From Patescibacteria group bacterium (GTDB taxonomy: Bacteria > Patescibacteriota > UBA1384 > GWA2-35-9 > JBASTP01), in NCBI GenBank assembly GCA_049274945.1, contig JBASTP010000009.1, positions 4,441-68,440 on the forward strand: 64,000 nt of DNA, written 5' to 3'. Shown here one piece after another: positions 34,318-42,686 of the stretch. The position numbers were made by a program, and so were the translations under genes. The notes below the pieces were generated by a model. That model ran no database searches. It had not been told where the DNA came from and was given only the letters and a program-made list of their open reading frames with translations. Each line of letters opens with the position of its first letter. Position 1 is the first letter of the stretch.

Positions 34318-35259
34318 ATGACGATCTATGATCTACTCATTATTGGCGCCGGGCCAGCCGGCATCGAAGCCGCCCTCCAGGCCGCGGCGCGCGGTCTTAG
34401 CTATTTGCTAATCGATAAGTTCGACGCCGGCTCGCTGATTGAGCAGACCATGAATAACAAAAAGTTCTACCAGATTTATGGCCGAAACGTCGATCTTTTG
34501 AAAGGTACTCTTGCCTTTCCCGATCGTGCCAAAGGGTACGAGCTCGTTGCGCTCTGGAAGCAGCAAGTCGCGCCGCTCGCGTTCCACAAAAACGAGTCGC
34601 TCAAGACCATTACCCGTTCTGGCCAGGAACCATTTGTCGTTACTACCACCAAAGATCAGTATCAGGCCCGGTATGTGCTCCTTACGAGCGGCACGTTCGA
34701 ACATCACAAAACCCTCCAAGTGGATGGCGAGCACGGCAACCCAAAAGTCCACTACACCCTCGACTACTACCAGGACTACCGCGACCAGGCGGTGGTAGTG
34801 GTGGGCGGCGGCAACACGGCGCTCGAGACCGCGATTTATTTTGGCGATGCCAACAAGGTAACTTTGCTCGTTCGTCGGGACCGTTTTACCGAGAGCGCGA
34901 CCGAGGCAAACCAGATGGCGATCCGCGAGTTGGTACAAAAAGGTACGCTGCACGTGGTCTACCATGCCGCGGTTATGCAGATTACGCCCCAGGAGATAGC
35001 CGTCCAAACCGGCCAAGGCCCACTCACGCTACCGTACGATTTGCTTTTTGTTCATATTGGTTTTGAAAAGCCAACCGATTTTCTAGCAAGCCTTGGCCTG
35101 CAGGTGCGTAACGGCGAGCCGGTGTACAACGAAAAGTTTGAGTCTAACATCCCGGGCCTCTACATTGCCGGTGCGCTCACCGGCTCGGATTCAATCGTAG
35201 AATGCGCCAACCAAACCTACCAAGTCGTCCACCAGTTGCCTAATTCCCCTGGCATTTAG
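34318..35259 (+). CDS. Pyridine nucleotide-disulfide oxidoreductase (thioredoxin-reductase-like)
   Basis: YDLLIIGAGPAGIEAALQAA FAD site and VVVVGGGNTALETAIYF NAD(P) site; start placed at the ATG at 34318 (MTIYDLL). Confidence 0.75.
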   Translation: MTIYDLLIIGAGPAGIEAALQAAARGLSYLLIDKFDAGSLIEQTMNNKKFYQIYGRNVDLLKGTLAFPDRAKGYELVALWKQQVAPLAFHKNESLKTITRSGQEPFVVTTTKDQYQARYVLLTSGTFEHHKTLQVDGEHGNPKVHYTLDYYQDYRDQAVVVVGGGNTALETAIYFGDANKVTLLVRRDRFTESATEANQMAIRELVQKGTLHVVYHAAVMQITPQEIAVQTGQGPLTLPYDLLFVHIGFEKPTDFLASLGLQVRNGEPVYNEKFESNIPGLYIAGALTGSDSIVECANQTYQVVHQLPNSPGI

Positions 35260-35278
35260 CCTCACGATTGGGTATACT
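35250..35278 (+). promoter_or_regulatory. Conserved sigma70-like promoter of cassette copy 1 (TGGCAT-17-TATACT)
   Basis: Near-identical to the element at 37799..37827, including the shared GCATTTAGCCT core. Confidence 0.4.
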
Positions 35279-35321
35279 ATAGCTGCAACAAATCTGAAAA
35301 AAACGGAAAGTGAACTTCCTT

Positions 35322-35444
35322 ATGGAAATGGAAGAATGGGACTGGGAACACACTATTTTTGGGAGGATTCTCCTGCTCTTTGCGAGCATTATTGGGTTTA
35401 CCGCATGGGACATTTACTGGTCACTCTTCAGTGAGCGGCGGTGA
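35322..35444 (+). CDS. 40-aa hydrophobic micropeptide (cassette copy 1)
   Basis: MEMEEWDWEHTIFGRILLLFASIIGFTAWDIYWSLFSERR; paralog of peptide 37880..38005; stop overlaps the next start region. Confidence 0.45.
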   Translation: MEMEEWDWEHTIFGRILLLFASIIGFTAWDIYWSLFSERR

Positions 35445-35449
35445 ACTCC

Positions 35450-35776
35450 ATGATATCGATCATAACCAAGTATCGGCATAGGCGTCGAAGACAAGTCAGT
35501 GCGCAAATCAATTTTCCACCGGATCAATACCAAGGCCCCTGGATATGGAATAAGGTGGTTGGAGCATTTCTGGTTGCGGTTGCGGGGGCGCTTCTTTTCA
35601 ATTACTTTTTGCCATGGTCCATCATAACGTTTTTTTTGGAACCTCTCCGATATCCAATCGCATACGTAGCTCGCGTGTGCGATTTTTGTTATTTGCATTA
35701 TCAGCAGAGTAGTGTCAATATATATCTTGACCTTGCAGTTGGTCTCGCCCTTAAACAATTGACGGGAGATGATTAA
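35450..35776 (+). CDS. Small 2-3-TM membrane protein (cassette copy 1)
   Basis: QGPWIWNKVVGAFLVAVAGALLFNYFLPW parallels YGFWTWDRIFFGLLVASVGSLITLFFGPYW in 38015..38356. Confidence 0.5.
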   Translation: MISIITKYRHRRRRQVSAQINFPPDQYQGPWIWNKVVGAFLVAVAGALLFNYFLPWSIITFFLEPLRYPIAYVARVCDFCYLHYQQSSVNIYLDLAVGLALKQLTGDD

Positions 35777-36884
35777 TATGTTTTTGCCCGGTGAATCGCA
35801 ATTGCTCGACGTAATGACTCGTGTTGCCGCTCAGAAGGATCATGGGATTGGCCACGTCCTGCGCGTTGGCTGCTACGTTCGGCTGATTATGGAAAAGACA
35901 GGGGGCTTTACGCCGGAAGCTTGTGAGCGAGTAGAGATGATTGCCCGCATCCACGACATTGGCAACACCGTGATCCTCGATACGATCCTGGATAAACAAG
36001 ACCCTCTAATCGATTGGGAACGATTGGAAATTGCCCAACATTCGGTAGCCGGTTGTGAAATGTTAGGCAATGTTTTTCATGAATTTTTGCCAATGATCCG
36101 CCACCATCATGAAAATTGGGACGCGAGCGGTTATCCCGATCACCTGGCTGGCGAACGAATTCCGCCTATGGCCCGGATTCTGCGGATGGCTGACGCCTTT
36201 GACGCCATGACCAGTTGGCGGCCGTACCGCATAAATCCGATCAATGTTGATCAAGCTATCCAGCAATTAAGAACCAAAGCCGGAATCGAGTTTGACCCAA
36301 AGCTCGTGCCAGTATTTGCGGACCAGGTTGATAAAATCAGCGCCATCATCAAGTGGATAGGCAATAGTACGCCACTCCATCATGACAGTCGTCTGGCGAT
36401 TGACTTTAACGTTATTGCTGGAGGGGCGGCCCTTACTGACGCATGGCATAGTAAGAGCCATGCGTTCCTAAATTTTCCGGAGAATCCCGGCGTGGTTGAC
36501 TTGCTTCGGGAACTTTCCTGCCGCTACTTCCGGGGTTGGGTTTTTATCTGGCCAAACTCGTCGAGAGAATGGAATGATCACAAGCAAGACCAGTGGTTAC
36601 GCCACCACCATGTTTTCGATCGCGCCTGCATTGCAAATTGGTCACTGGACTATTATATGTGTAATGTTGTTACAGCGTGCCGAGATTCGGCAATCTCACA
36701 CTTCATCGGATATGATCCAGAAACCCTCAAAAAACTATTGGGAATAGTGCCGAACTTATACCTTTTCAGACGAGATTCACTTCGCATCCCTGTCGACTTA
36801 AGGATTAAGGTTGCTAACTCAACCCAGCAACTCACTAATTCGATCATCCAACCCTGGCCCATGGCAATTCCTCCAGAGGCGTAA
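35769..36884 (+). CDS. HD-GYP domain protein (c-di-GMP phosphodiesterase family) with uncharacterised ~170-aa C-terminal domain
   Basis: HDIGNTVI ... HHHENWDASGYPDHLAGERIPPMARILRMADAFDAMTSWRPYR is the HD-GYP signature. Confidence 0.8.
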   Translation: MINMFLPGESQLLDVMTRVAAQKDHGIGHVLRVGCYVRLIMEKTGGFTPEACERVEMIARIHDIGNTVILDTILDKQDPLIDWERLEIAQHSVAGCEMLGNVFHEFLPMIRHHHENWDASGYPDHLAGERIPPMARILRMADAFDAMTSWRPYRINPINVDQAIQQLRTKAGIEFDPKLVPVFADQVDKISAIIKWIGNSTPLHHDSRLAIDFNVIAGGAALTDAWHSKSHAFLNFPENPGVVDLLRELSCRYFRGWVFIWPNSSREWNDHKQDQWLRHHHVFDRACIANWSLDYYMCNVVTACRDSAISHFIGYDPETLKKLLGIVPNLYLFRRDSLRIPVDLRIKVANSTQQLTNSIIQPWPMAIPPEA

Positions 36885-36992
36885 CGCCACGACGCCCAAG
36901 CACCTTTACGGTGCTCTTTTTTGTCCTCTCAGGCGTACATAGAGGCGTACATACGATTTTTATCCCGCTCGTCGGGTAAGAAACCCCAAAGA

Positions 36993-37760
36993 CACTTCCG
37001 AAGTGGGAATAGGTTACACATTGGTACATTTTTGACAATTGTTGTATGTTAGACTTATGGCACGCCGAAAAGAAATACTCGCAACCGGAGAAATTTACCA
37101 TGTGTTCAATAGGTCGATAGACAATAAAACTATTTTCAACTCCTCAATAGAGTTAAACCGCTTTTTGAATTTAATAAGGTTCTATGGATGTCTCAGGCCA
37201 ATCCGATTCTCTAAATTAACCGTCCAGCAACGAGAACTAATGATCAAGAAAAACGGTGGCGAGCCAATTGTTGAAATCATCTGTTATTGCTTGATGCCTA
37301 ATCATTTTCACTTATTGCTTAAACAGCTAAATGAAGGAGGCATTACCTCTTTTTTACGAAAAATCAGTGATGGATACAGTCGTTACTTTAATCTCATTCA
37401 TCACCGTGCTGGACCATTATTTCAAAACAATTTTAAAGCAGTCAGAATAGCTACTAACGAACAATTGCTCCATGTTTCTCGATACATTCATCTTAACCCT
37501 CTCACTGCCTATTTAGTTAATAATCTTGACGACTATCGTTGGTCTTCTTACCACGAATATATTAGCAGTAGTGACCTGAGGAATAGTGATTTCACCTGCA
37601 ACAAGAAATTAATTCTGGATCAATTCAAAAAGAAGTCCGGTTATCGAGCATTTGTGTTAGACAATGCGAATTACCAGAAAAAGTTAAAGGAAATCCAATA
37701 TCTTCTTATCGAGAATCCGACATAATTACCGAAGTGACACCTGAAGACACTTCGGAAGTG
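36993..37760 (+). mobile_element. REP-associated tyrosine transposase (RAYT) unit: gene plus flanking CACTTC(C/G)GAAGTG palindromes
   Basis: Palindrome CACTTCCGAAGTG at 36993..37005; hairpin CCGAAGTG-acacctgaaga-CACTTCGG at 37729..37756 immediately after the stop; AT-rich gene. Confidence 0.55.
37039..37725 (+). CDS. IS200/IS605-like Y1 HUH transposase of the RAYT (TnpA-REP) type
   Basis: HUH motif CYCLMPNHFHLLLK and catalytic-Tyr motif SRYIHLNPLTAYLV (compare E. coli RAYT HMHCIW / YIYINPVKHGWV). Confidence 0.8.
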   Translation: MLYVRLMARRKEILATGEIYHVFNRSIDNKTIFNSSIELNRFLNLIRFYGCLRPIRFSKLTVQQRELMIKKNGGEPIVEIICYCLMPNHFHLLLKQLNEGGITSFLRKISDGYSRYFNLIHHRAGPLFQNNFKAVRIATNEQLLHVSRYIHLNPLTAYLVNNLDDYRWSSYHEYISSSDLRNSDFTCNKKLILDQFKKKSGYRAFVLDNANYQKKLKEIQYLLIENPT

Positions 37761-37798
37761 TCCGGAATCACCAGGATCAGCATTCGCGCTTCTGCGGC

Positions 37799-37827
37799 TT
37801 GCATTTAGCCTGGAAATTGGTTACAGT
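37799..37827 (+). promoter_or_regulatory. Conserved sigma70-like promoter of cassette copy 2 (TTGCAT-17-TACAGT)
   Basis: Shares the GCATTTAGCCT core and downstream CTGAAAAA / GAAAGTGA blocks with copy 1. Confidence 0.4.
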
Positions 37828-37879
37828 GTGTGGGCAATCAACCTGAAAAATAGAAAGTGAGGTATTCCTAGTGGGCGAG

Positions 37880-38005
37880 ATGCAATGGAACCGGGAACAC
37901 GGTGTCTTGGGGACGCTGCTCCTGGGCTTCTTGAGCCTTATTTGGTTTTCTGCGTACGAGATTTACTGCTATCTTGTACCGCGCGGTGGTAATAACCGGA
38001 GGTGA
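37880..38005 (+). CDS. 41-aa hydrophobic micropeptide (cassette copy 2)
   Basis: MQWNREHGVLGTLLLGFLSLIWFSAYEIYCYLVPRGGNNRR; paralog of 35322..35444. Confidence 0.45.
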   Translation: MQWNREHGVLGTLLLGFLSLIWFSAYEIYCYLVPRGGNNRR

Positions 38006-38014
38006 CTGAATGCA

Positions 38015-38356
38015 ATGAAACCTTGGTATAAATCCCCACATACCATACGCCTTCCCGACACCTTCCCGGAGGGGGAAGAGTATTATGGATTCTGGACCTG
38101 GGACAGGATTTTTTTCGGCCTCCTGGTCGCCTCGGTTGGGTCGCTGATTACCCTGTTTTTCGGCCCGTACTGGTTTGAGCATCTCTGGCATACCGGTTCA
38201 ATCGTCTGCGGTTTTGCCTGGAGTTTTCTGCTGATGTGCAAAAGCAAGGTTCCTTGGCAGGAACGATTTGGGATGTGGCTTTTCGGAGCGGCGTTGATTG
38301 GCGCCATAATATATCTCGCCCTCATTATTTACGGCATTCAGGCCGCAAGCGCATAG
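38015..38356 (+). CDS. Small 3-TM membrane protein (cassette copy 2)
   Basis: 113 aa; paralog of 35450..35776; chosen over the overlapping minus-strand ORFs. Confidence 0.5.
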   Translation: MKPWYKSPHTIRLPDTFPEGEEYYGFWTWDRIFFGLLVASVGSLITLFFGPYWFEHLWHTGSIVCGFAWSFLLMCKSKVPWQERFGMWLFGAALIGAIIYLALIIYGIQAASA

Positions 38357-38371
38357 CGCTGTGCGGTTTTT

Positions 38372-39658
38372 TTGTTGCCTGAACTGGCATATAATGATGG
38401 AAGGATGGGACTGCTGAATATCTTTTCGGGTAAAGGCCTGGCCAATTGGGCGATCTCGCTTGACATCGGCACCGAGTTTATTAAGAGTATGATTTTTGAG
38501 GTCAAGGACGGCAAAGCGCACATTAAGGGCGTGGGCCGGAGCCGCCAAAAACTTTCGGACATGCAGGGCGGGGTGGTCACCGATATCGCCGGGGTAATTG
38601 GGAGCTGCGAAAAATCGCTCGAGTTGGCAGTTGAACAGGCTAAGGTGCTCCCCAAGCAAGTGATCATTGGGATTGCCGGGGAGCTCGTGAAAGGCACCAC
38701 CACTGCGGTTCACTACGAACGGGCTAAACCGAAAAGCCAGATTGACTTACCCGAACTCAAAGAGATTATCACCAAAATCCAGCGGCAGGCGTTCGACAAG
38801 GCGCGGCGCACCCTGGCCTGGGAAACCGGCCATGCCGAGATCGACGTGCGCCTGGTGAATGCGGCAATCGTGGATGTAAAAATCGACGGCTATAAAGTAA
38901 CCAATCCCTTGGGATTCCAGGGTAAGGATGTGGAGGTGGGGGTATTCAACGCCTTCGCGCCGATTGTCCACCTGGGCGCACTCCAGACGATCGCCGAAGA
39001 GCTCCAGCTCGATTTGCTCTCCGTCGCCCCGGAGCCGTACGCCGTGGCCCGAGCGGTGTCGGAGGACGAGTCCGTTGAGTTCTCGGCAATTTTTGTGGAC
39101 ATTGGCGGCGGCACCACCGACGTGGCACTGGTGCGCGCCGGCGGAATCGAGGGTACCAAGATGTTTGCCATGGGCGGCCGCACCTTCACGAAGCGGATTG
39201 CGGAGGAGCTGGGCGTGCCGTTCCAAAAAGCCGAGGAGCTCAAACTGGAATATTCAGATAAAAGTTTGCCGAGCGTAAAAACCAAGCAGATTGCCGAGTT
39301 TCTCGAACTCGATTGCGATGTGTGGGTTGAGGGGCTCAGAATCGTGCTCGAGGAGTTTGGCGCAACCGACCTGCTGCCCTCCCGAATATTGCTGTGCGGC
39401 GGCTCCTCCCAGCTGCCCGATATCTACCAGAGACTCTCTGCCAAAGAGTGGGTGAAGGATTTGCCCTTTGCCCGCAAGCCGGTGGTGCAGTTTATCAAAG
39501 CGGCAGAAGTATCACGCGTGGTAGACGACACCGGGTCGGAGCGGGACGCCGCCGACATCACGCCTATGGCGCTCGCAAACCTGGCGACCGATCTGGTTGG
39601 CCACCCGGCACCGGTTGAGGGTGTATTATCAAAAGTAGTGGAAACGCTGAGAAGCTGA
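38372..39658 (+). CDS. ftsA: Cell division protein FtsA (actin-like ATPase)
   Basis: ISLDIGTEFIKSMIFE (phosphate 1), VDIGGGTTDVALVRAG (phosphate 2), LLCGGSSQLP (adenosine motif). Confidence 0.85.
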   Translation: MLPELAYNDGRMGLLNIFSGKGLANWAISLDIGTEFIKSMIFEVKDGKAHIKGVGRSRQKLSDMQGGVVTDIAGVIGSCEKSLELAVEQAKVLPKQVIIGIAGELVKGTTTAVHYERAKPKSQIDLPELKEIITKIQRQAFDKARRTLAWETGHAEIDVRLVNAAIVDVKIDGYKVTNPLGFQGKDVEVGVFNAFAPIVHLGALQTIAEELQLDLLSVAPEPYAVARAVSEDESVEFSAIFVDIGGGTTDVALVRAGGIEGTKMFAMGGRTFTKRIAEELGVPFQKAEELKLEYSDKSLPSVKTKQIAEFLELDCDVWVEGLRIVLEEFGATDLLPSRILLCGGSSQLPDIYQRLSAKEWVKDLPFARKPVVQFIKAAEVSRVVDDTGSERDAADITPMALANLATDLVGHPAPVEGVLSKVVETLRS

Positions 39659-39696
39659 GCCAACGGCTCATCCTGAGCGAAGTCGAAGGATAAAGA

Positions 39697-41271
39697 ATGG
39701 ACGATTTTATTTACCTAGAACCAGACGAAGAGATCCCGACCATCCTCAAGAAGCTCAAAAAGAGCGCCAGCGAGTCGGTGGGATTGGTGGTGCCGCGCGG
39801 CTCGATCACCCTGCAGTCGGCGATCAATTTAAAGCTCCTCAAGCAAGAAGCGGTGAAGCTCGGCAAGGACATTGCGATTGTTACGGCAGATTCAATCGGC
39901 CAGCACCTGGCGGCGCAAGCCGGGCTCACGGTGTTTGAGTCGGTTAAAAGCAACCAGCCGATTGCGATGCGCAAGCGCGCGAGTGAGGATGAGCCAAAAT
40001 TGGGCGAGCCGGCCGAGCAAAAGCAAAATGGCCCGGCTGGCGTAAACGTCCGCCACTTCCAGACGGAAACCATTGAGCCTGAAAAACAGTATGTTGAGCC
40101 CGAGCGCACCCACGCACCGCTACCGGCCCGCCGGCGGGTAAAGGGAGCCGTGGTGGTGGCCATCGCCCTGGTTGTTCTCCTTCTTTATACCTTTATTGTG
40201 CCGCGCGTCACGATTACCGTGGAGGTGCTCGGCGAGCCGCTCGAGCGGGAGCTCACCTTGAGCGCGGCAACGGTTTCAGGCGCCGGCGAACAGGTGGTTC
40301 CGGCGACGCTCGAGGAGGCCACCAAGGAGCGAACCCAGACGTTCAAAACCACCGGCCAAAAGAACGTGGGCGAAAAGACCAAGGGCACGATCACCTTAAA
40401 TAACGCGTGGTCTTCCGATAATGTGTCGCTTGCCGCTGGCACTAAGCTCACGAGCAATGGGATAGCGTTTCGGCTCACCCAGGCGGTAATAATCCCGGGG
40501 GCATCGGTGAGTTTGGTGGCCGGCCAGGCCCAAACCAACCCGGGCAAAATCGACGGCGCGATCGAGGCCGAGGGATCGGGCGAAGCCGGCAACGTTGCGC
40601 CGGGCAAGTTCACCATTACCTCAATTGAAGCGATTAAACAAAGCAAGATCTACGGCGAGTCAACCACCAAACTCACCGGCGGCTCATCGCGGTTCATTGG
40701 CGTGGTGTCCGAGGAAGATCTGAAAACCGCCCGCACCACCCTCGAAGGCGAACTCAAAAACGAGCTCAAGGAAAGTATTGTCAGTAAAGCCGCCGGCCGC
40801 ATTGCGCTCGATCAAGCGGTCAAGCTCGAACAAATTGACGAGAAATCAAGTAAGCAAGTGGATGAGGAAGCGGGAGAGTTCGAACTCAAGCTCAAGGGTA
40901 ACCTCAAGGCGATTGTTTTTACCGAAGAAGATTTCCGCAAAGCATTCTTAAACGATCTAGCGCAGGAGATAGGCGAGGACCACGAGGTGGTGTTTGGGCC
41001 GTCAGACGAAATCACCACCACGGTAGAGGAAGCTGATTTTGAGAATGGCCGGCTCCAGTTGCGGGGGTTACTGAAAAGTCAGATCGCGCCCAAAATTGAC
41101 CAAGCGCAGTTAAAACAGACGATTCGTTTTAAGTCGTTCCCGGGCACCGAAAAAATCATCCGCGATTTGCCGCAAGTCAGCAATGTCGAAATCAGCATCT
41201 CACCGCGCGCTTCCCTTAAGCGGATTCCGCTTTTGCCCACCAACGTGAAGTTCGATATCAAGCATAAATAA
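39697..41271 (+). CDS. Bitopic membrane protein of unknown function (cytoplasmic N-domain, one TM, large extracytoplasmic domain) in the division/wall cluster
   Basis: TM VVVAIALVVLLLYTFIV around residue 150; no tubulin GGGTGTG motif, so not FtsZ. Confidence 0.55.
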   Translation: MDDFIYLEPDEEIPTILKKLKKSASESVGLVVPRGSITLQSAINLKLLKQEAVKLGKDIAIVTADSIGQHLAAQAGLTVFESVKSNQPIAMRKRASEDEPKLGEPAEQKQNGPAGVNVRHFQTETIEPEKQYVEPERTHAPLPARRRVKGAVVVAIALVVLLLYTFIVPRVTITVEVLGEPLERELTLSAATVSGAGEQVVPATLEEATKERTQTFKTTGQKNVGEKTKGTITLNNAWSSDNVSLAAGTKLTSNGIAFRLTQAVIIPGASVSLVAGQAQTNPGKIDGAIEAEGSGEAGNVAPGKFTITSIEAIKQSKIYGESTTKLTGGSSRFIGVVSEEDLKTARTTLEGELKNELKESIVSKAAGRIALDQAVKLEQIDEKSSKQVDEEAGEFELKLKGNLKAIVFTEEDFRKAFLNDLAQEIGEDHEVVFGPSDEITTTVEEADFENGRLQLRGLLKSQIAPKIDQAQLKQTIRFKSFPGTEKIIRDLPQVSNVEISISPRASLKRIPLLPTNVKFDIKHK

Positions 41272-41666
41272 TGTCAGTTCTTGCAATAGATTGGGGCAGC
41301 AAGCACGTGGGCCTGGCGATTTCCTACTCCGGAGTTTATGCCAAGGAGCTCACGGTTTTATCCAATAAGCCGATATTGTTTGATGAGCTAAAAAAGCTGA
41401 TTGCCGAACATCAAGTTTCCACCATCGTGGTGGGTTTACCAAAAAATAACGACGGCTCAGAAGCGGTGATTGCGCACAACGTGCGGAGTTTTGCCACCAA
41501 GCTCAAACGGCAGTTCAAGTTGCCGGTGATGTTTGAAAACGAGCACCTTACCAGTAAAGAGGCGGTTCGGTTGCTTGAGGGCGTGGTTGACCCGGCTGAT
41601 CCGCGGATTGATGCTGCCTCGGCCAAGCTCATTCTTGAACAGTATCTTGCCGACCGTATTATATAA
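41271..41666 (+). CDS. ruvX: Holliday-junction-resolvase-like protein YqgF/RuvX (pre-16S rRNA nuclease)
   Basis: MSVLAIDWGSKHVGLAIS...TIVVGLPKNNDGSE. Confidence 0.85.
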   Translation: MSVLAIDWGSKHVGLAISYSGVYAKELTVLSNKPILFDELKKLIAEHQVSTIVVGLPKNNDGSEAVIAHNVRSFATKLKRQFKLPVMFENEHLTSKEAVRLLEGVVDPADPRIDAASAKLILEQYLADRII

Positions 41667-41690
41667 GTCTTATATACTACAGTATATCAT

Positions 41691-42668
41691 ATGCTATCTA
41701 AATATCGTAAAATTTTGATGATTGTGCTTGCCGGAGTGGCCGCCCTCGCAGTTGTTTGGTACGTACTGCTCACCGCGCTCATGGCCCGGCCGGTGTCGGG
41801 TGAGATCAAAACCGAAGTGCTTGACATCAAGCCAGGCAGCTCGAGCTGGCAGACTGCCAAGGAGCTAAAACGCAAAAGGTTGATCCGATCGTCGGCGCAG
41901 TTTTGGTTTAATCTCAAGCTCACCGGCCGGGCAGTCCAAGCAGGCATCTACTATCTTTCGCCATCACAGTCCGGGCGGGAAATCATGCGGGTGATCGCCA
42001 AGGGTGAGGTCTCTGAATACCGCATTACCATCCCCGAGGGCTGGCGGATCGAGCAAATTGGGCAACTGCTTGAGAGCCGCAACATTGTTACTGCCGCGCC
42101 GTTCAATCAAGCTGCCCAGGGCAAAGAAGGCAAACTGTTCCCCGACACGTACCGGTTGAGCCTAGGAATCTCTGCGGCGGAGATTGTCGAAAAGATGACG
42201 GCTAATTTTGCCAAGCGAATTGAAGGGCTGAAACTAACGAACGAGCATCTGATTATCGCTTCGATTGTCGAGCGCGAGGCAAAGCATGATGAGGATCGGC
42301 CCAAAATGGCCGGGGTGTACAGTAATCGCCTTAAAATCGGCATGGCGCTCGAGGCCGATCCCACGGTGCAATATGCTCTCGATACTCAACGCCTTAAAGA
42401 CTCAACGCCTCAAGGCCTCAAAACCTTTAAGTTCTGGCAACCGCCTACCGCCGACCAAAACAAAAATTTTGAATCACTCTACAACACCTACCGGCATAAG
42501 GGGCTGCCGCCGGGTCCAATTTGCAATCCCGGCCTTAAATCGATTCAAGCCGCTCTGAACCCCGAAAAGCACGACTATTACTTTTTTTTCAACCTTCAGG
42601 ATGGTTCAACGATCTATAGTAAAACCCGCGACGAGCACGACGCCAACCGCAAGAAGTACGGGGTATGA
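41691..42668 (+). CDS. mltG: Endolytic murein transglycosylase MltG (YceG family)
   Basis: N-terminal TM; TIPEGWRIEQIG; YNTYRHKGLPPGPICNPG. Confidence 0.85.
   Translation: MLSKYRKILMIVLAGVAALAVVWYVLLTALMARPVSGEIKTEVLDIKPGSSSWQTAKELKRKRLIRSSAQFWFNLKLTGRAVQAGIYYLSPSQSGREIMRVIAKGEVSEYRITIPEGWRIEQIGQLLESRNIVTAAPFNQAAQGKEGKLFPDTYRLSLGISAAEIVEKMTANFAKRIEGLKLTNEHLIIASIVEREAKHDEDRPKMAGVYSNRLKIGMALEADPTVQYALDTQRLKDSTPQGLKTFKFWQPPTADQNKNFESLYNTYRHKGLPPGPICNPGLKSIQAALNPEKHDYYFFFNLQDGSTIYSKTRDEHDANRKKYGV
42621..42668. repeat. Direct repeat 1 (last 48 nt of mltG) bounding the AbiEii-module insertion
   Basis: aaaacccgcgacgagcacgacgccaaccgcaagaagtacggggtatga repeats, with ~5 differences, at 43574..43620. 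Confidence 0.6.
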
Positions 42669-42686
42669 TATGGTATAATTAAGACT

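Noticed and set aside
35414-35758. Minus-strand ORFs 35414..35758, 37868..38191, 38083..38325, 38198..38713, 38338..38703
   Set aside because: They overlap the duplicated + strand cassette genes and ftsA; the + strand reading is supported by paralog conservation and promoter placement
38890-39285. ORFs inside ftsA (38747..39226, 38890..39285, 38928..39278)
   Set aside because: Arg/Pro-rich translations characteristic of out-of-frame GC-rich sequence
39697-41271. Calling the post-ftsA gene ftsZ by position
   Set aside because: No GGGTGTG tubulin signature; the single-TM topology is incompatible with FtsZ
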